Positions 38,854-47,870 of a stretch of DNA of 64,000 bases are shown here, piece after piece (the first letter of the stretch is position 1; each line of letters opens with the position of its first letter). A program made the position numbers and the translations under genes. The notes under the pieces were generated by a model that was given only the letters and a program-made list of their open reading frames with translations, was not told where the DNA came from and made no database searches. The stretch is taken from contig OZ245002.1 in NCBI GenBank assembly GCA_965223415.1, positions 2,624,001-2,688,000 on the forward strand, in the 5' to 3' direction. Source of the DNA: Myxococcota bacterium. Its GTDB lineage: Bacteria; Myxococcota_A; UBA9160; UBA6930.

Positions 38854-41046
38854 GTGCGGCGTGCCATTGCAGCGGCGCTCCTGGTGGTCGGCGGAGGCTG
38901 CGGAGAGCTGCGAAGTGACGGGCAGATCGAAGGCGCCCGCCTCCCCGAAGCCGTGGTCGAGGCGAAGAATGCCCGCCAGGGCCAGATCCTGTTCGGCGAT
39001 CTCCACGTCCACACCACCTTTTCCGCCGATGCCTTCGAGCGCTCTCTCCCGATCAACATGGGCGAAGGCGCCCACCCTCCGGCCGACGCCTGCGACTTCG
39101 CGCGCTACTGCGCCGCCCTCGACTTCTGGAGCATCAACGACCACGCGGGAATGACCTCGCCGCGAATGTGGCGGGAGATCAAGAGCTCCATCCGCGAGTG
39201 CAACGCCCGCGCGGGCGACCCGGCGAACCCGGACATGGTCTCCTTCCTCGGCTTCGAGTGGACCCAGATCGGCGCCACGCCGGAGACCCACTACGGCCAC
39301 AAGAACGTGATGTTCCTCGACACGGCCGACGATCGCGTGCCCGCCCGCGCCATCGCGGCCGGATCGGGTGTGGAGAACTTCAACGTCGGGCTCGACAGCG
39401 GCGGAGTCCTCCTGAACCTGATGAAGCGCCCGCTCCTCGACTTCGAGAACCGCGACGAGTATCTCGACAACCTGCGTCACATGTTCGAGACCCAGGGGCT
39501 CCCCGCGTGCCCGGCCGATCTCCCTTCCCCGGAGCTTCCCGGCGAGTGCCAGGAGATCGCACGTACGCCGGACGTCCTCTTCGAGAAGCTCGATCAATGG
39601 AACGTGCCCACCCTCGTACTGCCCCACGGCAACGCCTGGGGGATGTACACGCCGCCGGGCTCCACCTGGGCCAAACAGCTCAGCGGCGCCATGCACGACC
39701 CGGCTCGGCAGACCCTGATCGAGGTGTTCTCCGGCCACGGCAACTCCGAGGAACATCGGGCGTGGCGGGGCACGCGCTTCGACGCCGCGGGCGAGCCCTT
39801 CTGCCCCGAGCCGATGGACGACTACCTGCCCTGCTGCTGGCGCGCCGGCGAGATCATCCGCGAGCGCTGCCAGGATCCGAGCTCGGCCGAGTGCGACGAG
39901 CGCGTGGCAGAGGCACGCCGCAACCACGTGCTCGCCGGTGCCAGTGGCCTTCTCACGATCGAGGGCGAGGGCCCGGAGGATTGGCAGGGCTGCGGCCAAT
40001 GCACCGACTGCTTCCTGCCCGCCTTCAACTACCGTCCCGGGACGTCGGTGCAGGCGGCCGTCGCCACGACCGGCGAGGACGGGAAGCGCTTCCGCTTCGG
40101 CTTCCTCGCCTCCAGTGACAACCACTCGGCACGGCCCGGCACCGGCTACAAGGAGTACGGCCGGCATTGGATGACCGACCTCGGCGGCCCGGTGAGCGAG
40201 GCGTGGGCGCCCCGGATCTACGGCGAGCGGGGACCGGAGAGCCCGCGCTCCCGCCATCCCTCCGAGATCGAGATCGACACCACCCAGAGCCTCTTCGGCA
40301 TCGAGCGCGCCACCTCCTTCATGTTCACCGGAGGCCTGGTCGCCGTCCACGCGGCGGGGCGAAGCCGCGAGGCGATCTGGGAGGCTCTCGAGCGCAAGCG
40401 GGTCTACGGCACGAGCGGCCCGCGCATCCTGCTCTGGTTCGAGCTCCTCCACGAGAACGGGATCCTTCCGATGGGCAGCGAGACGATCTCCACCGAAGCG
40501 CCCCGCTTCCGCGTGCGGGCGGCCGGCGGATTCCGGCAGCAGCCCGGCTGCCCCGCCTACGCCCACGCGGGCCTCTCTCCGGAACGGCTCGAGCGGCTCT
40601 GCCGCGGCGAGTGCCAGAACCCGGGCGACGTGCGGCACCCCATCAGCCGGATCGAGGTGATCCGCATCCGCCCCCAGCAGGCACCCGGCGAGCCTCTCGC
40701 GCCGTTGATCGAGGACCCGTGGCTCACGCTGGCCTGCCCGGGCGACGCCGAGGGCTGCTCCGTCGAGTTCGAAGACCCGGAGTTCGCCGAGGCCGGCCGC
40801 GACTCCGTCTACTACGTCCGGGCGCTGCAGGAGCCGACCCCGGCGGTCCGCGGGAACCCGCTCGTTCCCTGTCCGAGCGGCTACCTCACACCTCCCGAGG
40901 AGGACTGCCTCGCGCCCGTGGAAGAGCGCGCCTGGTCCTCGCCGATCTACGTCGATTTCCCGCGCTCCGTCCCGGCGGCAAGCGCGATCCAGACCCGATC
41001 AGGCGCAAGTCCTCACCGCTCGCCAGTCGCTCCGCCGCGACCGTGA
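38854..41046 (+). CDS. DUF3604 (PHP-like) lipoprotein
   Basis: 'FGDLHVHTTFSADA', 'LDFWSINDH', 'SSDNH', 'YGTSGPRI', 'EERAWSSPI'. Confidence 0.88.
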   Translation: MRRAIAAALLVVGGGCGELRSDGQIEGARLPEAVVEAKNARQGQILFGDLHVHTTFSADAFERSLPINMGEGAHPPADACDFARYCAALDFWSINDHAGMTSPRMWREIKSSIRECNARAGDPANPDMVSFLGFEWTQIGATPETHYGHKNVMFLDTADDRVPARAIAAGSGVENFNVGLDSGGVLLNLMKRPLLDFENRDEYLDNLRHMFETQGLPACPADLPSPELPGECQEIARTPDVLFEKLDQWNVPTLVLPHGNAWGMYTPPGSTWAKQLSGAMHDPARQTLIEVFSGHGNSEEHRAWRGTRFDAAGEPFCPEPMDDYLPCCWRAGEIIRERCQDPSSAECDERVAEARRNHVLAGASGLLTIEGEGPEDWQGCGQCTDCFLPAFNYRPGTSVQAAVATTGEDGKRFRFGFLASSDNHSARPGTGYKEYGRHWMTDLGGPVSEAWAPRIYGERGPESPRSRHPSEIEIDTTQSLFGIERATSFMFTGGLVAVHAAGRSREAIWEALERKRVYGTSGPRILLWFELLHENGILPMGSETISTEAPRFRVRAAGGFRQQPGCPAYAHAGLSPERLERLCRGECQNPGDVRHPISRIEVIRIRPQQAPGEPLAPLIEDPWLTLACPGDAEGCSVEFEDPEFAEAGRDSVYYVRALQEPTPAVRGNPLVPCPSGYLTPPEEDCLAPVEERAWSSPIYVDFPRSVPAASAIQTRSGASPHRSPVAPPRP

Positions 41047-41261
41047 GCCTGCGGCGTCGCAGATACGTGCCGAACGGCTCCCCGGTCCAAGCGCGGAAGA
41101 GACGTGAGAAACACGGCGGTGAGAAGCCCGCTTCCTCCGATCGAGTCCCGGGTGCCTGTCCCCGGGCAATCGCCCGGGGGGCTTCGCGGACGGCCCCGAT
41201 CGGTCGAGGGCCCCCGGGCTCTGCGATACCGTCTCCGGCGACCCGCAGCCGAGGGAGACCC

Positions 41262-42419
41262 ATGGATTTCCGCTGGCCGGACGAGTATCTGGCCTTCCGC
41301 GACGAGGTGGAGGCCTTCATTCACGAGTGGCGCACGCCGGAGCTCCAGGCGGAGCAGCGCGAGCGCGAGGGCGCCCCGGGGCCGCTCACCCGACGGTACT
41401 ACGAGGCCCTCCAGGCCAAGGGCTGGATGCGCATGTGCTGGCCCGCCCGGATGGGAGGCGAGGGCCGGGACCCGATGTACCAATTCATCCTCGTCGAGAC
41501 GATGGAGTACTGGCGGATGCCCTACGGCAACCTCACCTTCACGTCGGTCGCCCCTTCGATCGCCCAGTACGGCACCGACGACCAGAAGGCGCGCTACCTG
41601 CCCGGGATCTGGAACGGCGATCTCACCTTCGCCATCGGCTACAGCGAACCGAACGCCGGCACGGACCTCGCGTCCCTACGCACGAAGGCCGAGAAGGTGG
41701 ACGGCGGCTGGAAGGTGAACGGCCAGAAGATCTGGACCTCCCTGGCCGCCCACTCGACGCACATCTGGCTCGCCGCGCGCACGGATCCGGAGGCGAAGAA
41801 GCACGCAGGCATCTCCGTGCTGATCGTGGAGACCGACTCGCCGGGCGTGACGATCCGCCCCCTCCAGACGATCAGTGGCCTCAAGACTTACGAGACCTTC
41901 TACGACGACGTGTTCGTCCCCGACGGGGACCTGGTGCCACCGCTGAACGGCGGCTGGACCACGATCATGCACGCGCTGAACCACGAGCGTGTCGGTCTCT
42001 CCCCGACGAGCAACCTGGTTCGGCCCTACGACATCCTGGTCGAGCACCTGCAGAAGAACGCGCCCGACAAGCTGGCGGATCCGGTCGTGCGCAACCGGCT
42101 GGCCGAAATGCGCATGGAGTTACAGCGCCACCGGGCGCTGGCGATCCGCAACGCCGTCACGATCGCGACCGGGGCGATCAAGCCGGGCGAGGCGTCGATG
42201 GCGAAGATCTCGGGCAGCGAGCTGCGCTACCGGATGTCGACGCTGGCGATGGACATCCTCGGGCGCGCCGGCGGCCTCGCCCGCCAGGACGGCGCAGCCG
42301 TCGAAGGCGGGCACATCCAGAACAACTACCTGGCCTCGCCGATCCTGCGTTTCGGCGGCGGCACCAACGAGGTGCAGCGCAGCATCATCGCGACGCGCCA
42401 CCTCGGCATGACGCGGTAG
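41262..42419 (+). CDS. Acyl-CoA dehydrogenase (FadE26/ChsE4-like alpha subunit)
   Basis: 'FAIGYSEPNAGTDLASL', 'LNHER', 'FGGGTNEVQR'. Confidence 0.93.
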   Translation: MDFRWPDEYLAFRDEVEAFIHEWRTPELQAEQREREGAPGPLTRRYYEALQAKGWMRMCWPARMGGEGRDPMYQFILVETMEYWRMPYGNLTFTSVAPSIAQYGTDDQKARYLPGIWNGDLTFAIGYSEPNAGTDLASLRTKAEKVDGGWKVNGQKIWTSLAAHSTHIWLAARTDPEAKKHAGISVLIVETDSPGVTIRPLQTISGLKTYETFYDDVFVPDGDLVPPLNGGWTTIMHALNHERVGLSPTSNLVRPYDILVEHLQKNAPDKLADPVVRNRLAEMRMELQRHRALAIRNAVTIATGAIKPGEASMAKISGSELRYRMSTLAMDILGRAGGLARQDGAAVEGGHIQNNYLASPILRFGGGTNEVQRSIIATRHLGMTR

Positions 42420-42427
42420 GAGCGGCC

Positions 42428-43513
42428 ATGAACCCGGACTTGAGCGAGACCCAGGAGCTCCTCCGGAGCACGATGCGCCAGTACCTGGAGAACGAGATCC
42501 CCTTCGACCGGGTGCGCGAGCACGAGGAGAAGCGCGTCGCCGATGCCAAGCTGTGGCAGGGCCTGGCCGGCCAGGGCTGGCTCGGCATTCCGCTTCCCGA
42601 GGCCCTGGGCGGCGGAGAGCTCGGCCTGCTCGAGACGGGCCTCTTCGTGCACGAGCTGGCGCGCCGCGCTGCCGTGGTGCCCGCGGCGGAGGTGATGACG
42701 ACGGCGGTCGTGCTGGCGCGCCACGGCGACGGCGACGAGAGCGAGCTCCTGCGGGCCATCGTCGACGGCAACGCCGTCGTGGTGCCGGCCGTGCTGGAGG
42801 CGGACGACGACTTCGAGAGCCTGCACACCGCCGTGGATGCGGGCGGCGCGCTCACGGGCACGAAAGACTTCGTCGACTATCCGGACTTCGCGACCCACCA
42901 CCTGGTCGCTGCTCGGGGCCGGGAGGGCGCCGGCCTGTACCTGGTGGAGCGGAGTGCCGACGGCGTCGCGACCGAGGCCCACGACGGTACTGGCCGCACG
43001 CCCCAGGGCCGCGTGCGCTACGAGGGCGTCCCGGCCCGGCGGGTGGCGGGAGAGGCGGCCATCGACGCGCTCGTCCAGCTCGCCCGGGCGCTGACCTCCG
43101 CCCAGATCCTGGCGTGCATGGAGGTCTCCCTCGAACAGACCGTCGCCTACACGAACGTGCGCGTGCAGTTCAACCAGCCCCTGGCCGCCTTCCAGGCGGT
43201 GCAGCACCACGCGGCGAACATGGCGATGCACGTCGAGAGCAGCCGGTTCCTCGTCTACGAGCTGCTCGACGCCCTCGAGAGGGGCAACGCGACTCCCCAC
43301 GACGTGGCGGTGGTGAAGGCCTCGGTCTCCCGGGCGGTGCCGGAGGTGACGATGCTGGGCCACCAGCTCCACGGGGGCCAGGGTCTGATCGAGGAGAACG
43401 ACCTCTACTTCTTCACGATCCGCGGCAAGGACCGGGCCCTGGCCTGGGGCAGCGCCGAGGAATGCCTCGAGCTGGTCGCCCGCGAGGTCGAGAGCTCGCC
43501 ACGCTGGCTGTAG
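42428..43513 (+). CDS. Acyl-CoA dehydrogenase (FadE27/ChsE5-like beta subunit)
   Basis: 'RVQFNQPLAAFQAVQH', 'HQLHGGQG'; degenerate N-terminal FAD motif. Confidence 0.9.
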   Translation: MNPDLSETQELLRSTMRQYLENEIPFDRVREHEEKRVADAKLWQGLAGQGWLGIPLPEALGGGELGLLETGLFVHELARRAAVVPAAEVMTTAVVLARHGDGDESELLRAIVDGNAVVVPAVLEADDDFESLHTAVDAGGALTGTKDFVDYPDFATHHLVAARGREGAGLYLVERSADGVATEAHDGTGRTPQGRVRYEGVPARRVAGEAAIDALVQLARALTSAQILACMEVSLEQTVAYTNVRVQFNQPLAAFQAVQHHAANMAMHVESSRFLVYELLDALERGNATPHDVAVVKASVSRAVPEVTMLGHQLHGGQGLIEENDLYFFTIRGKDRALAWGSAEECLELVAREVESSPRWL

Positions 43514-44724
43514 GCGAGCTCCACCGGGTCGAGTTCTACCTCGGCGATCCCCACGCGACCTACCGGGAGCTGCGGCGGGAGGCGCCGGTTTATTGGCACG
43601 AGCTTCCGGACGGGACGGGCATGTGGATGCTCTCCCGCTGGGAGGACATCCGCAGCGTCTCGCGACAGCCGGCCCTCTTCTCGACGGCCCACGGCGTGCT
43701 CCTGAACGATCGCCTGCCGAGGGCGGGCACGAAACAGGCGGCGCGCTACGCGCCAAAGAACGAGTCGATCATCCACCTCGACCCTCCCCGCCACGGGCAG
43801 GTGCGCAAGCTCGTGCGAGAGGCCTTCACGGCACGGAGAGTGGCGGCTCTCGAGCCTTGGATGCGCGAGATGTGCCGCGAGCAGCTGGCAGCGCTGCCGC
43901 GGGGCGAGCCGGTGGACCTGGTGGCGGAGATCGCGGCGCCGATCCCTGCGATGACGATCGCGCGCATCCTCGGGGTGCCGCGGGAGCGCTGGCGCCACTG
44001 GCAGGAGTGCGCGAACGCGATGATCGAGGTGGCCGCCGGGGATCCGGAAGCCACCACGCCGCCGCCGGCGACCATGGCGAAGCTCGGCGAGCTGGCCGTC
44101 ACCTTGAAGAAGCTGGTGGAGGAGCGCCGGCGAGCGCCCGAGGACGATCTGCTCACCGCCCTCCTTCAGGTCGAACGCGCCGGCCTGCGCTTCGACGACG
44201 GCGACGTGCTGATGATGGCGCTGACGCTGCTCGGCGCGGGCAACGAGACGACGCGCACCCTCGTGGCCGGGGCCTGCCTGGCACTCCACGAGCACCCGGA
44301 GCAGTGGCGCCGGCTCGCGGCGGATCCGCGCCTCGTGCCCGACGCCGTCGAGGAGTTCCTGCGCTTCGTGACGCCGGTCCACAGCCACGCCCGCACGGCC
44401 ATGGAGGATTGCGTGATCCGCGGCCAGCCCATCCGCCAGGGCGACTACCTGGTGATGCTCTACGCCGCCGGCAACCGGGACGAGGAGGTCTGGACGGAGC
44501 CGGACCGCTTCGACGTGAGCCGCCCCGCCCGCTCGAACCCCCACCTCTCCTTTGGCCACGGCGAACACTTCTGCCTGGGCGCGAGCCTCGCCCGCCTCGA
44601 AGCCCGCGTCGTCTTCGAAGAGCTGCTCCGAGCCTTCTCCCGTTTCGAGCTCGCCGCCCCACCCCGCAAGCTCCGTTCGACCCACATCAACGGAATCGAA
44701 GAGATGCCCGTCCTGTTAAGTTAG
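43504..44724 (+). CDS. Cytochrome P450 (start uncertain, possibly CTG)
   Basis: 'LDPPRH', 'AGNETT', 'EEFLR', heme motif 'FGHGEHFCLG'. Confidence 0.95.
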   Translation: MAVGELHRVEFYLGDPHATYRELRREAPVYWHELPDGTGMWMLSRWEDIRSVSRQPALFSTAHGVLLNDRLPRAGTKQAARYAPKNESIIHLDPPRHGQVRKLVREAFTARRVAALEPWMREMCREQLAALPRGEPVDLVAEIAAPIPAMTIARILGVPRERWRHWQECANAMIEVAAGDPEATTPPPATMAKLGELAVTLKKLVEERRRAPEDDLLTALLQVERAGLRFDDGDVLMMALTLLGAGNETTRTLVAGACLALHEHPEQWRRLAADPRLVPDAVEEFLRFVTPVHSHARTAMEDCVIRGQPIRQGDYLVMLYAAGNRDEEVWTEPDRFDVSRPARSNPHLSFGHGEHFCLGASLARLEARVVFEELLRAFSRFELAAPPRKLRSTHINGIEEMPVLLS

Positions 44725-44749
44725 GGGCCGGTTCCATTTGTTAAGTTGT
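44712..44749 (+). repeat. 38-bp element, copy 1
   Basis: CC-TGTTAAGTT-AGGGGCCGGTTCCATT-TGTTAAGTT-GT. Confidence 0.8.
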
Positions 44750-45660
44750 TAGAGCTTGCTCTGGAGGTAGTCGAGGGTGCGCCGGTCGGCGCCCTCGTCG
44801 ACGGGGACGATGGCGGCGTCGAAGTCGGTGACGCCGATGTCGCGGAGGCGGGCGAGGGCCGCGTCCAGCGTGGCCTCGTCGCCGACGAGGGCGACGTCGG
44901 CCGGGCTGGCCGCCCCCTCCTTGTCGAGCATCGCGCGGTACGAGGGCAGCGTGCCGTACATCGCCAGGTTCTGGGCCACCCAGGCGCGTGCGCCGTCGGG
45001 ATCGTCGGTCAGCGCGATGGGCAGGCCAGCGACGATGCGCGGCGCGCCCCGCCCCGCTTCGCTGGCCGCGGCGCGCAGTTTCGGACCGATGTGGCTCTCG
45101 ATCGTCGCCGGACCGGTCATCCAGAGGATCGTCCCGTCGGTGTAGGTGCCCGCGAGCTTCAACATGACGTCGCCGAGCGCCGCGATCAGGACCGGCGTGC
45201 TCGTCGCGCCGGGCACCTGCAGGCCGGCGTTCACCCGGTAGTGCTCGCCCTCGAACTTCGCGGGCTCGCCCCGAAGCAGCGGCGTGAGCACCTCCAGGTA
45301 TTCGCGCATGTTGCGCGCCGGCTTGTCGTAGGAGAAGCCGAACATGTCCTCGATCACGATCTTGTGGGAGAGACCGATGCCGAGGGTGAAGCGCCCGCCG
45401 CAGGCGGCCTGGGTGGTGAGGGTCTGCTGGGCGATGGCGACCGGATGGCGCGGGAAGGTCGGCACGACGGCGGTGCCGAGCTCGATGCGATCGGTCTCGC
45501 GGCCCACGATGGCGAGGGCGCCGATGGCGTCCAGGCCGAAGATGTTCGCCATCCAGACCGTGGCGAAGCCGCGGCTCTCCAGGTCCTTCGCCCGGGCAAC
45601 CAGACCGTCGAGGGTTCCGTCCGGGCCAGCGGTCGCTCCCGCCATGATGCCGATGCGCAT
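44749..45660 (-). CDS. LLM-class, probably F420-dependent oxidoreductase (MSMEG_4879-like)
   Basis: 'ELGTAVVPTFPRHP', 'LGIGLSH', 'AALG', 'YGTLPSYRAMLDKEG'. Confidence 0.9.
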   Translation of the reverse strand: MRIGIMAGATAGPDGTLDGLVARAKDLESRGFATVWMANIFGLDAIGALAIVGRETDRIELGTAVVPTFPRHPVAIAQQTLTTQAACGGRFTLGIGLSHKIVIEDMFGFSYDKPARNMREYLEVLTPLLRGEPAKFEGEHYRVNAGLQVPGATSTPVLIAALGDVMLKLAGTYTDGTILWMTGPATIESHIGPKLRAAASEAGRGAPRIVAGLPIALTDDPDGARAWVAQNLAMYGTLPSYRAMLDKEGAASPADVALVGDEATLDAALARLRDIGVTDFDAAIVPVDEGADRRTLDYLQSKL

Positions 45661-45710
45661 GCTCATCCTCCGCGCCCGGAAGGTCGGGCGCGGCCATGGT
45701 GCCACAGTTC

Positions 45711-45780
45711 AGAAACGGGGCCGGAGTGAAGAATTCAGTTCCCTCCGGGGAACTGAATTCTTCACTCCGGCCCCGTTTCT
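45711..45780. repeat. 70-bp palindrome (33-bp perfect arms, 4-nt loop), REP/MITE-like
   Basis: AGAAACGGGGCCGGAGTGAAGAATTCAGTTCCC-TCCG-exact reverse complement. Confidence 0.9.
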
Positions 45781-46563
45781 TCAGTCGAGGAAGGTGAGGA
45801 GGGCCTCGGCGACGGCGGTGGGCTGCTCGTAGGGGGCCATGTGCGCAGCGCCGTCGATCTCGGCGAGCTGGGCCTGGGGGACGAGCTCCTGCCAGCGCTT
45901 GGCGTAGACCGGCGGCACCAGCTCGTCCTGGCGGCCCCAGACGAGGAGCGTCTCGGCGCGGAGGCGGTAGAGACGCTTCGAGAGCCGGCGATTCGGAATG
46001 GGGAAGAGGATCTTCCCGGCAGTCCCCATGCGGCGGGCGTTGCCGATCATGAAGTCCGTCAGCGCCCCGTCGTCGGAGAAGTCGAGGCCCGCGGTGAGCA
46101 CCTTCTGCCCCTCCGCCGGGTTGGCAAAGAGGAGCGCGGGAAGCTCGAAGGGCGTGACCGCGAAGAGGTCCGGAATCGGATGATCGTCGAGCCACAGGCC
46201 CACCGGCGCGATCAGGCCGAGCTTCGCCACGGCGGCGTTGTCCAGGCTCGCCATCTCCGCTGCGATCATGCCACCCATGGAGTGGCCCACCAGGTGCGGC
46301 CGTTCCAGGCCCAGCGCCTCGGCCACGTCCCAGCCGTGGAGCGCGAAGTCGAGCATGTCCTCCAGCAGCTCTTCGCCTTCCTCCTCGCCGTACCCGGGCC
46401 AGACCGGAGCGAAGACGTGGAAGCGGCCGGCCAGGGCGTCGAGCAGCGGCTCCTCAGGAAGCAGGCCGCCCGCACCGTGGAGGTAGAGGAGCGGCTCGCC
46501 CTCCCCGGCCTCCCGCACGCGGAACCGGATGCCCCGGCGGGTCTCGAGGACTCGCTCGCTCAC
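45781..46563 (-). CDS. Alpha/beta hydrolase
   Basis: 'LHGAGG', 'GHSMGG', 'D..V', 'AAHM'; GTGA overlap with the upstream gene. Confidence 0.9.
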   Translation of the reverse strand: MSERVLETRRGIRFRVREAGEGEPLLYLHGAGGLLPEEPLLDALAGRFHVFAPVWPGYGEEEGEELLEDMLDFALHGWDVAEALGLERPHLVGHSMGGMIAAEMASLDNAAVAKLGLIAPVGLWLDDHPIPDLFAVTPFELPALLFANPAEGQKVLTAGLDFSDDGALTDFMIGNARRMGTAGKILFPIPNRRLSKRLYRLRAETLLVWGRQDELVPPVYAKRWQELVPQAQLAEIDGAAHMAPYEQPTAVAEALLTFLD

Positions 46564-47789
46564 TGCACCGCCTCCGGCCGCACGCGCCGCTCGTAGGGCT
46601 TGATCCACCAGCGGTCGTCGTCCTTCCAGTCGGGCCAGAGGTCGCGCAGCTGCGGCATCACCCGTTCGGCGAAGAGCTGGCTCGAGCGACGGGTCTTCCA
46701 ATCGGGCATGTCGCCCATGTGGAACAGGCCGAAGACGTGGCCGATGCGCAGGCTCTTGATCATGTGCTCGCAGCGCTCGCGCACGGTGTCCGGGCTGCCA
46801 GCGATGATGTAGCCGCCCTCCACCAGGTCCTTCCACGTGAGCTCCGAGAAGACCTTCTGGGCCTCCGCCCGGAGCTGGTTCAGCTTGCCGGCCTTGATCG
46901 TCTTGAGCGTGCGGTAGCCCGGCGGATCCGAGAAGCCCGGATGGACGTGGAGGCATCGGTTGTAGAAGTAGAGCATGTGCTCCGCGTAGAGCTCTTCGGC
47001 CTCCTGGTCCGTCTCGGCCACGCAGATGATCTGGGCGAAGGACGCGCGGTTCGGCGATTCGTCCCTGCCCATCGCCGCGACGCGCTCCCAGTAGCCGTCG
47101 AGCAGGATCTGGCCGGCCTTGTATCCGCCGAAGGAGAGGTAGGAGTAGTTGTAGTCCTGCTCCACGCACCAGTCCCAGGTCTCGATCGAGCCGCCGCCGG
47201 GAATGTAGATCGGCGGGTGCGGCTTCTGGATCGGCTTGGGCCAGCAGTTCACCCAGCGGAGCTGGTTGTACTTGCCGTCGAATGCGAAGGGCTCGTCCTC
47301 GGCCCAGGCCTTCATGATGAGGTCGTGGGCCTCGTAGTACTTGTCCCGGGTGAGGGCGGGGATCTGGCCATAGCAGAAGTTCGTGTCCATCGGCGTGCCG
47401 ACCGGGAAGCCGGCCACGAGACGCCCGCCGCTGATGACGTCGAGCATGGCGAACTCCTCGGCCACGCGGATCGGCGGGTTGTAGAGCGCGATCGAGTTGC
47501 CGATCACGCAGATCGCCGCCCGGGAGGTCCGCCGGGCCAGGCTCGCCGCGATGATGTTCGGCGAGGGCATCAGCCCGTAGCCGTTCTGGTGGTGCTCGTT
47601 CACGCCGATCCCGTCGAAGCCCAGGGAATCGGCGTACTCGAGCTGGTCCATGTACGCGTGGTAGACCCGGTTGCCCTCCTCCGGGTCGAAGAGCGAGCTC
47701 GGGATGTCCACCCAGACCGAGCGGTGCTTCTCCCGGAACGCGTCCGGCAGATGGGGCCAGGGCATCAGGTTGAACCAGGTGAACCTCAT
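46560..47789 (-). CDS. LLM-class flavin-dependent monooxygenase/oxidoreductase
   Basis: 'GFDGIGVNEHHQ', 'PIRVAEEFAMLD..SGGR', 'PKPIQKPHPPI'. Confidence 0.92.
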   Translation of the reverse strand: MRFTWFNLMPWPHLPDAFREKHRSVWVDIPSSLFDPEEGNRVYHAYMDQLEYADSLGFDGIGVNEHHQNGYGLMPSPNIIAASLARRTSRAAICVIGNSIALYNPPIRVAEEFAMLDVISGGRLVAGFPVGTPMDTNFCYGQIPALTRDKYYEAHDLIMKAWAEDEPFAFDGKYNQLRWVNCWPKPIQKPHPPIYIPGGGSIETWDWCVEQDYNYSYLSFGGYKAGQILLDGYWERVAAMGRDESPNRASFAQIICVAETDQEAEELYAEHMLYFYNRCLHVHPGFSDPPGYRTLKTIKAGKLNQLRAEAQKVFSELTWKDLVEGGYIIAGSPDTVRERCEHMIKSLRIGHVFGLFHMGDMPDWKTRRSSQLFAERVMPQLRDLWPDWKDDDRWWIKPYERRVRPEAVQ

Positions 47790-47818
47790 CGCGACCTCCG
47801 TGCTCCCCCGAGCATGGC

Positions 47819-47856
47819 ACAACGCAACAAACGGAACCGGCCCCTAACGCAACAGG
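47819..47856 (-). repeat. 38-bp element, copy 2 (inverted relative to copy 1)
   Basis: Reverse complement reads CC-TGTTGCGTT-AGGGGCCGGTTCCGTT-TGTTGCGTT-GT. Confidence 0.8.
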
Positions 47857-47870
47857 CGCCTCGCGCGTCG

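Noticed and set aside
35956..40638. 1560-aa minus-strand ORF
   Set aside because: Antisense shadow of four well-supported plus-strand genes; no motifs; expected at this GC content
44712..47856. CRISPR interpretation of the short repeats
   Set aside because: Only two inverted copies, no spacer array and no cas genes
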